Assembly (NCBI GenBank): GCA_024408085.1
Contig: JAKSVH010000006.1
Location: forward strand, 4,740 to 68,739
Source of the DNA: Bacilli bacterium
GTDB lineage: Bacteria; Bacillota_I; Bacilli_A; RFN20; CAG-826
Direction of reading: 5' to 3'
Length of the DNA stretch: 64,000 nucleotides
The notes below the pieces were generated by a model. The model was given only the letters and a program-made list of their open reading frames with translations, searched no databases and was not told the DNA's origin. Positions within the stretch are counted from its first letter, which is position 1. The number at the start of each line of letters is the position of its first letter. Made by a program: the position numbers and the translations under genes. Below are positions 1 to 8,877 of the stretch, piece by piece.

Positions 1-1751
1 CTCTTACATTAAATAAAACATCAGCACAAGTAGATGTCGGAAAAACATTGCAACTAGTTGCAACTGTTAAGAATACAACTAATAAATCTGTAATTTGGAA
101 GACCAGTAGTTCTACACTTGCTACAGTTGATGACAATGGATTAGTAGAAGTTACCAGTTCTGCTGCTTATATTGGTAGAACGGTTAAAATTACATGCACC
201 AGTGTAGCAGACTCCTCAGCTTATGATATTTGTACAATTACTGTTACAGAAGAAGCACCAGTTTCAGTTTCGTTAAACAAAGTTTCCGCAAGAATTCGAG
301 TTGGAAAAAGCACAATTTTAGAAGCTGATGTTTCTCATGCTTCAGATACTTCAGTTATTTGGGAAAGCAATAATAGCAATGTAACCGTTAATGATGGAAC
401 CGTAACAGTTTTAGAAACTGCTTCTGTCGGTTCAACTGCTACAATTAAGGCAACATCTGTTGAAGATTCAACTGCATTTGCTACTTGTTTAATTACAGTA
501 ATTGATGGTTCTTCTTATGCATATGATTACACAATCATGTTCTACATGTGTGCTTCAACTTTAGAAAATGATGAAGAAAATTCAAGCGGTGGTGGTTATT
601 GGTGGAACAACACACGTGCTACTGGGGCCGATCCTGGTTTATTCACCGAGGATATTTTAGAAATACTTTCAGTAAATTTACCAGATTCCGTAAAAGTAAT
701 TATTGAAACAGGCGGAACAACAAAGTGGGCTATGAAATCAACCTATCTTATTGGTGCTACCTCAATTTCCAATACAAAATTACAGAGATGGGAAGTCACA
801 AATAAAAAGCTCAAACTTGTTGAAACATTAGGTACTAACCATATGGCAGACCAAGATTCATATGAAAGTTTCTTAAAGTGGGGTCTTGAAGATTATTCTG
901 CTGAACAAATGGGTGTTGTTATCTCTGGACACGGTGCTGGTGTTGGTGGATGTGCATTTGATGATAATTACACGTATAGTGATGATTATTATGAATATCA
1001 ACATGCTTTAAATACTTCACAAATTGCTACTGCAACAAAGAATGCGTTAGCAACAAGCGACCGTGACAAATTTACTTGGATGGGTTTTGATTGCTGTTTA
1101 ATGGGTTCTGCAGATATTGCGTCAGTTATGGCTGATTATTTTGATTACATGGTTGCATCTCAAGAATCTGAATTAGGTGAAGGATGGGATCATGATGACT
1201 ACATGAATTTATTAGTCTCAGATCCATGTGTTGAACCTACTGTTTTGTTACCTCAAATTGCAAAATCATTTGTTAAAGCAGGTCACGACACTTATTGTTC
1301 ATCTAAAGAAAAATGTTTACAAACTTTGTCAGTTTTAGATTTGTCAAAAATGAATAATTTTGTTACAGCATTTAATAACTATGTTTCTAATACTGGTTCT
1401 TCTTCTTATTCAAAATATAAAGCAGCATTTAAAAATGCTTATAATTCATTTGGCGAAGGTTATTATGGATTGGTTGATTTTTCAAGTTATCTTGATAAAT
1501 TAGAAACTCAATTTACGGGTGTTTCTACTTCACAAGTTAGAACAGCATTATCAAATTTAGTAATCGCAAATGAATATTGTTCAAGATATACAATCACCCC
1601 ATGTGGTTTAAATGCCTTTTTACCAGAGGTTGTGGCTACCGGTAGGGATGCTGCATTACAGCCTGGTAAAGAAGATTACACTGGTAGTTATGCTACAAAA
1701 TTTAGTGCATATCAAACCATGTGTTTAGCTAATGGCGACTGGAGTTGGTAA
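1..1751 (+). CDS. Surface protein with Big_2-type Ig-like repeats and a clostripain-like (C11) cysteine peptidase domain; 5-prime partial
   Basis: The reading frame is open to the window start (frame 3: LTLNKTSAQVDVGKTLQLVATV...). Two Big_2-like repeats are present (VGK..L.A.V....VIW.S....A.V...G.V.V). They are followed by His (VVISGHGAG) and Cys (MGFDCCLMGS) motifs typical of the C11 catalytic dyad. Confidence 0.6.
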   Translation, partial: LTLNKTSAQVDVGKTLQLVATVKNTTNKSVIWKTSSSTLATVDDNGLVEVTSSAAYIGRTVKITCTSVADSSAYDICTITVTEEAPVSVSLNKVSARIRVGKSTILEADVSHASDTSVIWESNNSNVTVNDGTVTVLETASVGSTATIKATSVEDSTAFATCLITVIDGSSYAYDYTIMFYMCASTLENDEENSSGGGYWWNNTRATGADPGLFTEDILEILSVNLPDSVKVIIETGGTTKWAMKSTYLIGATSISNTKLQRWEVTNKKLKLVETLGTNHMADQDSYESFLKWGLEDYSAEQMGVVISGHGAGVGGCAFDDNYTYSDDYYEYQHALNTSQIATATKNALATSDRDKFTWMGFDCCLMGSADIASVMADYFDYMVASQESELGEGWDHDDYMNLLVSDPCVEPTVLLPQIAKSFVKAGHDTYCSSKEKCLQTLSVLDLSKMNNFVTAFNNYVSNTGSSSYSKYKAAFKNAYNSFGEGYYGLVDFSSYLDKLETQFTGVSTSQVRTALSNLVIANEYCSRYTITPCGLNAFLPEVVATGRDAALQPGKEDYTGSYATKFSAYQTMCLANGDWSW

Positions 1752-1775
1752 ATAATTTCATTAGGAGGTTTTAAA

Positions 1776-3494
1776 ATGAAAGATATCATAAAATTCGAAG
1801 ACATTCCTGCAAAGAAAGTGTCAATGAAAGCTATTGAAGCAAAGCTCACTGGCTTTACCAATGCTTTAAAAGATGCGAAGGATACAGCTTCTGCATTAAA
1901 AGTAATCCGTGATTTAGAAAAATACATGGATAAGTTTGAAAATAACGCGACAGTCATTTCAATTCGCTACACTCTTGATACAAGAGATGAAACAATTGCA
2001 AAGTTGCAAGATCAAATCGATGAGATTTCACCTTTAATTTCAAACTTAATCAATGAATTTAACAAGGTTTTGGTTAAACATCCTTGTCGTAAAGAATTAG
2101 AAGAAAAATTAACTCCATATTATTTTCAAATGATTGATAATTCGCTTAAATCATTTGATGAAAAGATTATTCCAGAGTTAATTGAAATCAATAAACTCTC
2201 TTCTCAATACGACAAAGTTTTAGGTGGTGCTGAAATTGAGTTTAGAGGTGGCAAATACAATCTTTCACAAATGGGTAAATTTGCCAAATCAAAAGATAGA
2301 GAAGAAAGACGTGAAGCCGCAATTGCATCAGATAGATGGTTTGGCGAACACGAAAAAGAGATTGGCGATATTTACGGAAAGCTCGTTGAATTACGTGATC
2401 AGGCCGCTAAAAAGTTAGGATTTAAAAACTACATTGAACTTGGCTATTTATCCCTCGGAAGAGTCGATTATGACGCCCGTATGGTAGCTAATTACCGTAA
2501 ACAGATAGCAGATGAGGTCGTTCCAGTATGTCAAAAACTCTATAAGGATCAAGCTAAACGCATAGGCATTCCTTTTAATAAAATGTACTCATACGATTAC
2601 AATCTTTCATTCTTAAGCGGAAACCCAACACCAGAAGGTGATCCAGACCATTTAGTTGAGATGGGCCGCAAAATGTACAATGATATGTCGAAAGAAACCG
2701 GTGATTTCTTCCAATTCATGATTGATAGACACTTACTTGATCTTGTTGCAAGACCAGGAAAGCAACCTGGAGGTTATATGACATTCCTTCCAGTTCAAAA
2801 ATATCCATTCATTTTCTCTAACTTTAATGGAACAGATGGTGATGTTAACGTTTTAACCCATGAATTTGGCCACGCATTCCAAGGCTATTTATCCAGGAAC
2901 ATTAAACCAGGTGATTTCCGCTCTCCAACACTTGAAAGCTGTGAAATTCACTCAATGTCTATGGAGTTCTTTGCATGGCCATGGATGAATTTATTCTTTG
3001 GTAAAGATGATGAAAAGTATCGTTATTCACACTTAACAGATGCCATTGAATTCCTTCCATACGGTATCACAATTGATGAGTTCCAACATTGGGTTTATGA
3101 ACACCCACACGCCACTCATGAGGAAAGATGTGCTGCTTATAAAGAAATTGAAAATAGATATGAGCCACAAAAGAAATATGATCCAGAAATGAAAACAAAT
3201 GGTCATGGTGGATGGTGGATGAAACAGCATCACATCTTCAGCACTCCATTCTATTACATTGATTACACATTAGCTCAAGTCTGTGCCTTCCAATTCTTAG
3301 TTGAAATGACAAAGAACCGCGAAAGAGCATGGAAGAAGTATGTTAAACTTTGTAAGATTGGTGGTAGATATCCATTTGTCACATTGCTTCAAAAGAGTCA
3401 TTTGCGTAATCCATTCGAAGACGGAAATATTCACAAAGTAATGGTGCCTTTAAGAAAAATTCTTAAAAGCTTCGATTTAACAAAAATCAAATAA
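1776..3494 (+). CDS. pepF: M3-family oligoendopeptidase F
   Basis: GGAGG RBS lies 8 nt upstream. It has the zinc motif HEFGH (LTHEFGHAFQG) and a downstream E (ESCEIHSMSMEFF). The 572-aa length is typical of PepF/M3B. Confidence 0.85.
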   Translation: MKDIIKFEDIPAKKVSMKAIEAKLTGFTNALKDAKDTASALKVIRDLEKYMDKFENNATVISIRYTLDTRDETIAKLQDQIDEISPLISNLINEFNKVLVKHPCRKELEEKLTPYYFQMIDNSLKSFDEKIIPELIEINKLSSQYDKVLGGAEIEFRGGKYNLSQMGKFAKSKDREERREAAIASDRWFGEHEKEIGDIYGKLVELRDQAAKKLGFKNYIELGYLSLGRVDYDARMVANYRKQIADEVVPVCQKLYKDQAKRIGIPFNKMYSYDYNLSFLSGNPTPEGDPDHLVEMGRKMYNDMSKETGDFFQFMIDRHLLDLVARPGKQPGGYMTFLPVQKYPFIFSNFNGTDGDVNVLTHEFGHAFQGYLSRNIKPGDFRSPTLESCEIHSMSMEFFAWPWMNLFFGKDDEKYRYSHLTDAIEFLPYGITIDEFQHWVYEHPHATHEERCAAYKEIENRYEPQKKYDPEMKTNGHGGWWMKQHHIFSTPFYYIDYTLAQVCAFQFLVEMTKNRERAWKKYVKLCKIGGRYPFVTLLQKSHLRNPFEDGNIHKVMVPLRKILKSFDLTKIK

Positions 3495-3496
3495 GA

Positions 3497-3520
3497 GAAG
3501 GCCTTAAGGCCTTTTCTTTT
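3497..3520 (+). terminator. Intrinsic terminator after pepF
   Basis: Hairpin GAAGGCC-TTAA-GGCCTT is followed by a T-rich run. Confidence 0.6.
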
Positions 3521-3613
3521 TACAATCTAATTTCTAATATAGATTAATTTATTTTTTAAATAAGATTTGCTATAATATTTTGCGCAAAAATCTGATAGAA
3601 AGAAGGATTTAAT

Positions 3614-4411
3614 ATGTACGACGTAATTAATAATAAATTCAATTTCAATTCTCCAATGGTTTGGGTTGATTTCGGTATTTCAGTTTTACTTTTGGGATTT
3701 CTCATTTATGTATTTTATAAAATACATTTCAATAAAAAGAGTTTCATTTTTATGATTTCTTTATGTGTTTTAACAATTTTATCTTGGTTCTTTGGACTTG
3801 GATTTCTTAATACACTTTGTTTAATGGCAATTCTTTCAACTATTGTTATTGTTGCTCTTTCTAATCAAAACGAATTCAGAGATTTAGTTGGTGCCTTTGG
3901 CAAAAGAAAACAAAAAGTCCAAACCGAAAAGGTTTATGATAGACACGCAGTTTGCCAAAAGATTTCTATTGCTGTAGAGACTTTGTCAAAGACAAAAACT
4001 GGCGCATTAATTACCTTTGAAAAAGGTATTAAATTAAATGAAATAGTTAAAAGTGGAACAATTTTACATTCACCAATTATTCCAGAACTTTTAACCACAA
4101 TTTTCTACACAGGTACAAGATTACACGATGGCGCTGTTGTCATTCGTAGAGATGAAATTCTTGCAGCATCAGTTTATTACACACCAACAACTAGACCATT
4201 AACTGGTAAGTTTGGTTCACGTCATAGAGCTGCTATTGGTATTTCTGAAATCAGTGATGCTGTAACAGTTGTTGTTTCTGAAGAAACAGGACGTATCTCA
4301 ATTACTTATAAAGGTGAACTTATTCCAGTTCAACAAGATAACTTGTTAAGAACCCTTGAAGAATATTTAATTAACGAGCCAGCAGATGGTTCAGAAGAAG
4401 AGGAAAAATAA
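3614..4411 (+). CDS. cdaA: Membrane-anchored diadenylate cyclase (c-di-AMP synthase), CdaA type
   Basis: Three N-terminal TM segments precede a DAC domain with motifs HDGAVVI, GSRHRAAIGISE and VVVSEETG. It lies directly upstream of glmM, as in Firmicutes. Confidence 0.85.
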   Translation: MYDVINNKFNFNSPMVWVDFGISVLLLGFLIYVFYKIHFNKKSFIFMISLCVLTILSWFFGLGFLNTLCLMAILSTIVIVALSNQNEFRDLVGAFGKRKQKVQTEKVYDRHAVCQKISIAVETLSKTKTGALITFEKGIKLNEIVKSGTILHSPIIPELLTTIFYTGTRLHDGAVVIRRDEILAASVYYTPTTRPLTGKFGSRHRAAIGISEISDAVTVVVSEETGRISITYKGELIPVQQDNLLRTLEEYLINEPADGSEEEEK

Positions 4412-4412
4412 T

Positions 4413-5744
4413 ATGACTAAATACTTTGGTACGGACGGAGTCCGTGGTGTTGCTGGTGAATTTATTACCGAAACATTAGCTTATAAAATTGGTCGTTACA
4501 TTGGCCAATACCCAAACGGACACAAAAATAAAATTTTAATTGCAAGAGATACACGTATCTCCGGTCAAGGTTTAGCGGAATCAGTTGGTGCTGGTGCAGT
4601 TGCATCTGGATCAGATGTTTATAACATTGGAGTTTCAACAACCCCATCAGTTTCATATTTGGTTAGAAAAAATAAATTTGATTATGGCGTTATGATTTCA
4701 GCCTCTCATAACCCATATTATGATAACGGAATCAAAATTTTTAATGCTGAAGGTGAAAAGCTTGATGCCTCAATTGAAGAATTAATTGAAGGTTACATTG
4801 ATTCACCTGTAGATAATCTTCCAATGATGAAAAATCAAAACATTGGCCGTTATTGTCCAGTTGATGAATTAATACCTAGCTATATCGATTTTCTTTGCTC
4901 AAAAGCAAATCCAAAAGTTAAAGGAATGAAGGTCTATATCGACTGTTCTAATGGCTCTGCAAGCGCAATAGCCCCAATTGTTTTAAAGAAATTAGGCATT
5001 GATGCAACAATCGTTTCAAATAAGCCAAATGGTATTAATATTAACGATCGTTGTGGATCAACAAAGATTGCAAATAACGCTGAAGCAGTTGCAAAAGGCG
5101 GCTACGATGTAGCGTTCGCATTTGATGGTGATGCTGATAGATGTTTAGCAATGTTAAATGATGGAAAAGTGGTAGATGGTGACGCATTAATCTACCTTAA
5201 TGCCATGTATCTTAAGAAACATGGCAAGCTTAACGACAATGAAGTTGTTATTACTGTTATGTCAAATTTAGGCTTGAAGAAAGCTTTAACCGCTGCCGGA
5301 GTTTCAATTGAAGAAACAAAAGTTGGTGATAAGTATGTTCAAGCATTAATGAAAGCTAAGAATTTGTCAATCGGTGGTGAACAATCTGGTCATATCATTT
5401 TCTTAGAAGATCTCAACACTGGTGACGGATTATTAACAATGGTTCACACCCTTAACGTTCTTGCAGAAGAAGGAAAATCGCTTCAAGAACTCATTAAGGA
5501 TTTAAAAATATATCCTCAAAGCTTAGTTAACGTAAGAGTTGTTAATAAAGAAGCAACACTTTCACACCAAGGCTTTAAGGACAAGATTGCTGAAATTGAA
5601 AAATCTCTAGAAGGTAATGGAAGAGTTCTCGTAAGAGCATCAGGCACAGAACCTCTCATTAGAGTTATGTGTGAAGCAGCAACTCAAGAACAATGTGATG
5701 AAATCACATCAGTTCTAGCAAAATTCGTGGAAGATATTCAATAA
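4413..5744 (+). CDS. glmM: Phosphoglucosamine mutase
   Basis: N-terminus is MTKYFGTDGVRG. The active-site serine loop is SASHNPYYDNGIK, the Mg site is FDGDADR and a GEQSGH motif is present. The start was moved to ATG 4413 from the track start 4386. Confidence 0.9.
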   Translation: MTKYFGTDGVRGVAGEFITETLAYKIGRYIGQYPNGHKNKILIARDTRISGQGLAESVGAGAVASGSDVYNIGVSTTPSVSYLVRKNKFDYGVMISASHNPYYDNGIKIFNAEGEKLDASIEELIEGYIDSPVDNLPMMKNQNIGRYCPVDELIPSYIDFLCSKANPKVKGMKVYIDCSNGSASAIAPIVLKKLGIDATIVSNKPNGININDRCGSTKIANNAEAVAKGGYDVAFAFDGDADRCLAMLNDGKVVDGDALIYLNAMYLKKHGKLNDNEVVITVMSNLGLKKALTAAGVSIEETKVGDKYVQALMKAKNLSIGGEQSGHIIFLEDLNTGDGLLTMVHTLNVLAEEGKSLQELIKDLKIYPQSLVNVRVVNKEATLSHQGFKDKIAEIEKSLEGNGRVLVRASGTEPLIRVMCEAATQEQCDEITSVLAKFVEDIQ

Positions 5745-5745
5745 A

Positions 5746-6351
5746 ATGGAATTTCAGGAATTTTATGACTTTGTTGTAAAAGTTCATTCAATCGCAAAGA
5801 TTGGGTTAACTTATTCAACAGATCCTTATGCGATTGACAACTATAAAGAATTAAATGAACTTTCAAGAAAGATGCTTGAGAACTTTATGGATGTAAAGTT
5901 TGATAAACCATCAATGTTCACTAAAGAAGTTTATCCAACTCCAAATATCTCAGTTAGAACTGTAATTGCTAAGGATAATAAAATCCTTCTTGTCCGCGAA
6001 GCAAACTCAGGACTTTGGTCATTACCTGGGGGATGGTGCGATTTATATGACTCCCCATCAAAGGCTGCCTTTAACGAAGTTAGCCAAGAAGCAGGGGTAG
6101 AACCAAAGATTGTTAGACTTATTGGTGTTCTCGAGAGAACTCCTCATAAATCTAACCAAAATGTCCCTGAATACTTGATAGTATTCGAAGGAGACATTGA
6201 CCACAAGAAGTTCCATGACCATTGTCATGAAACGCTTGATGTAAAATTCTTTGATATGGATTCTCTTCCAGACATGTCAAAGAAACTCTCAATGGAAGAA
6301 ATTCAAAGAATTTTTGAAGCATATAGGAAAAATACGGTCATTTTCGACTAA
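5746..6351 (+). CDS. NUDIX hydrolase with N-terminal Nudix_N-type extension (ADP-ribose pyrophosphatase-like)
   Basis: Nudix box is GGWCDLYDSPSKAAFNEVSQEAGVE (GX5EX7REUXEEXGU-like). The N-terminal helical segment is typical of the YjhB-like group. Confidence 0.7.
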   Translation: MEFQEFYDFVVKVHSIAKIGLTYSTDPYAIDNYKELNELSRKMLENFMDVKFDKPSMFTKEVYPTPNISVRTVIAKDNKILLVREANSGLWSLPGGWCDLYDSPSKAAFNEVSQEAGVEPKIVRLIGVLERTPHKSNQNVPEYLIVFEGDIDHKKFHDHCHETLDVKFFDMDSLPDMSKKLSMEEIQRIFEAYRKNTVIFD

Positions 6352-6365
6352 TAGGAGGAAAACAT

Positions 6366-7082
6366 ATGCCAACACCACATAACGAAGCTAAAAAAGGCGA
6401 AATCGCAAAGGTAGTTTTAATGCCTGGAGATCCAAACCGTGCAAAATGGATTGCAGATAACTTTTTACATGACGTTAAGTTAGTAAACCAAGTTAGAGGA
6501 CAATTTTGTTTTACAGGTTTAACAAAAAACAATAAACGTATCTCTGTAATGTCATCTGGAATGGGACACCCATCCATTGGCATTTACTCACATGAACTAT
6601 TTGCAGAATACGACGTTGATTTAATCATTCGTGTTGGTACATGTGGTTCTTATCAAGAAAATATTAATTTCTTCGATGTTCTCATTGGAGAACAAATTAT
6701 GACAGATTCCAACTATGGTGCACAACTTGGTTATGATTATCATTATGAACCAAAAGCTGATGCATCAATTGTTGCTGCAGCTAAGGAAGTTTTAGAAAAG
6801 AAAGGCTATCCTTATCATTCCGGAAAAGTCTTTGCTGCAGATGTTTTCTATGACTTCAAAAAAGACATTTGGAAAGACTATGCTGCTAGAGGCGCAATGG
6901 CTGTAGAAATGGAATCATTTGCACTTTATATTAACGCTGCATATTTAGGCAAAAAAGCCTTAACAATGTTAACAGTTACTGACCACTTCCTTAAAGAGGG
7001 TCGTTTGACTCCAGAACAAAGACAAACTGGACTCAAAAATATGATTGATTCCGCTATCGAATTAGCAGAAAAATACGCATAA
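6366..7082 (+). CDS. deoD: Purine nucleoside phosphorylase, DeoD type
   Basis: GGAGG RBS is present. N-terminus MPTPHNEAKKGEIAKVVLMPGDPNRAKWIA, motifs GMGHPSIGIYSHEL and AVEMES, and a length of 238 aa all fit DeoD. Confidence 0.85.
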   Translation: MPTPHNEAKKGEIAKVVLMPGDPNRAKWIADNFLHDVKLVNQVRGQFCFTGLTKNNKRISVMSSGMGHPSIGIYSHELFAEYDVDLIIRVGTCGSYQENINFFDVLIGEQIMTDSNYGAQLGYDYHYEPKADASIVAAAKEVLEKKGYPYHSGKVFAADVFYDFKKDIWKDYAARGAMAVEMESFALYINAAYLGKKALTMLTVTDHFLKEGRLTPEQRQTGLKNMIDSAIELAEKYA

Positions 7083-7083
7083 A

Positions 7084-7680
7084 ATGGGTTTATTAATTGT
7101 TCTTATAATTTTGCTTGTTTTAGCAATTGTATTTTTTATATCTTTTCCAATTTTTCGTAGGAAAATTATAGGTAAAAAATATGATGTTTTTTGCAGCAAA
7201 AAAATAAGAACAATTGCAAAGAAAAATAACCTACTTTTTATCACAAATTTAAAGCTTACAAATTATAGTGGTGAAGAGATTAAAATTGATCATATTTTAT
7301 TTGGAAAAAAATACATCTATATTCTGATTGATTATTACTTTAACGGAGACATTAAAGGAACCTCTGAAAACAACTCCTGGATTCTTGAAAAAAGACACGA
7401 TGAAGGTTGTGAATATATTGATAATATTTCAAATGATTTATCCGGGAAAAACGGGGTATTTTCAGAAAAAATCACCGCAAATCCCGAAATAATTATTCCT
7501 ATTGCTATCGTTAACAATGATTGTGAAATTAAGGTAAATGGTATCAACAATAATAGTACATTTGTGGTACATTACTCCTCACTAAAAAAACTTATTAAAA
7601 AACTTGAATCTAGAGACATCACAAATTTAGATGATGAACAGACCAAAAGTATATACGAAAATTTAAAAGATGGAAACTAA
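7084..7680 (+). CDS. Membrane-anchored protein, possibly NERD (nuclease-related) domain
   Basis: One N-terminal TM segment is followed by IDHILFGKKYIYILIDYYFNGDIKG, which resembles the NERD core (hIDhlvi...G.fviE.K...G). The match is weak. Confidence 0.35.
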   Translation: MGLLIVLIILLVLAIVFFISFPIFRRKIIGKKYDVFCSKKIRTIAKKNNLLFITNLKLTNYSGEEIKIDHILFGKKYIYILIDYYFNGDIKGTSENNSWILEKRHDEGCEYIDNISNDLSGKNGVFSEKITANPEIIIPIAIVNNDCEIKVNGINNNSTFVVHYSSLKKLIKKLESRDITNLDDEQTKSIYENLKDGN

Positions 7681-8692
7681 GAAAATTGGTATTGTAAAAC
7701 TTGGGTTTAAAGAGGCATTAAAGAGATTCAAAATTGTCTCCCTTCCTCTTAGCTTTTTTGCTGTGCTAACTATAGGCATGTTAGCCCTCGGTTTTTATGC
7801 TCCAATCACATTAATTTTGACCATCCCTTTTATAGTAATTCCTTCGTTCTTTGCCGTTGCTGCAATTAACACAATCGCACCGAACGAAAATACGCATGAA
7901 GCCCTTGGATTTTTCATTATGTTTAGAGCTTATTTCTCACAAGTTTTTAGAGGTGGTTATAAAGTTATTATTGGATTATTAAAAGCTTTATTGGTTTTCT
8001 TGTTGATCTCGACAATTTTGACTGCAATTTTAACCTCAACAGTTATTAGTAAAGATCCTTCGTATATTGAATTAGTTTCAATTACTGACCCAAATCAATT
8101 TGTTGAAGCATTTAATAACTTTGTAGCTAATAACAAAACATTTAATAATGTGATGGAAATAACTTACATGTGTTCATCGTTTGGTTTCTTCTTTATGTGT
8201 ATTCATCATTTTGCAGTTCATAGTTTTAAATACAATTACAACTTCTTGTCAGCAATTCCTCTTCCAATGCACGACTTAAATATTATTAATAAGGAAGTAA
8301 TGAAAAAGCACAGATGGAGCTACTTAAAAGAGCACTATAAAGCCTTCTGGTTTATTGGTCTAATTTTGCTTTTAGGCTTCGCCGGGGGCGAATTATTAGC
8401 ATATTTTGTTATGCAAGACATTAACGTTGCCCAGATTCCTGTAGTGGGTTTATTCTTTGCATTAATTTTAGGTTTATTCTTTATTCCATATTTTTTAAAT
8501 GCTTCACAACAGATTTTTGTGAATTACAGGCCTTTATATGTTGATACCTTAATTGATTTAACTAAGAAATCACTTGAGGAAATGAAAAAGGCAAATCAAA
8601 TAAGCGAAGATAAAGAAAAAGAAGTCTTAAAGGTTATTGAATCTCAAAAGGTCAATAACGAAAATCCTGATAAAGATAAGGACTCTAACTAG
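7670..8692 (+). CDS. Polytopic membrane protein, unknown function
   Basis: This long ORF has multiple hydrophobic segments and a lysine/glutamate-rich C-terminal tail. No motif was recognised. Confidence 0.4.
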   Translation: METKKIGIVKLGFKEALKRFKIVSLPLSFFAVLTIGMLALGFYAPITLILTIPFIVIPSFFAVAAINTIAPNENTHEALGFFIMFRAYFSQVFRGGYKVIIGLLKALLVFLLISTILTAILTSTVISKDPSYIELVSITDPNQFVEAFNNFVANNKTFNNVMEITYMCSSFGFFFMCIHHFAVHSFKYNYNFLSAIPLPMHDLNIINKEVMKKHRWSYLKEHYKAFWFIGLILLLGFAGGELLAYFVMQDINVAQIPVVGLFFALILGLFFIPYFLNASQQIFVNYRPLYVDTLIDLTKKSLEEMKKANQISEDKEKEVLKVIESQKVNNENPDKDKDSN

Positions 8693-8710
8693 TTAGAAGG
8701 TATTAAAAAA

Positions 8711-8735
8711 GCCACTACATTGAGTGGCTTTTATT
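8711..8735 (+). terminator. Intrinsic terminator
   Basis: Hairpin GCCACT-ACATTG-AGTGGC is followed by TTTTATTTT. Confidence 0.55.
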
Positions 8736-8743
8736 TTATTAAA

Positions 8744-8817
8744 TGGAGCAGCTGGCGGGAATCGGACCCGTATAGCCACCTTGGCAAGGTGGTGTTCTAC
8801 CACTGAACTACAGCTGC
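8744..8817 (-). tRNA. tRNA-Gly (anticodon GCC) with atypical T-loop
   Basis: The reverse complement is GCAGCTGTAGTTCAGTGGTAGAACACCACCTTGCCAAGGTGG...CAGCTGCTCCA. The acceptor 7 bp pair, the anticodon loop is CTTGCCAAG and CCA is encoded. The T-loop reads TCCGATT (C at the position normally U55), and the 49-65 pair is an A-C mismatch. Confidence 0.75.
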
Positions 8818-8877
8818 AATTCAGCGTGATTATTTTATAATAAGTGATATAATACTTCAAGAAAAATTATTTTAATT

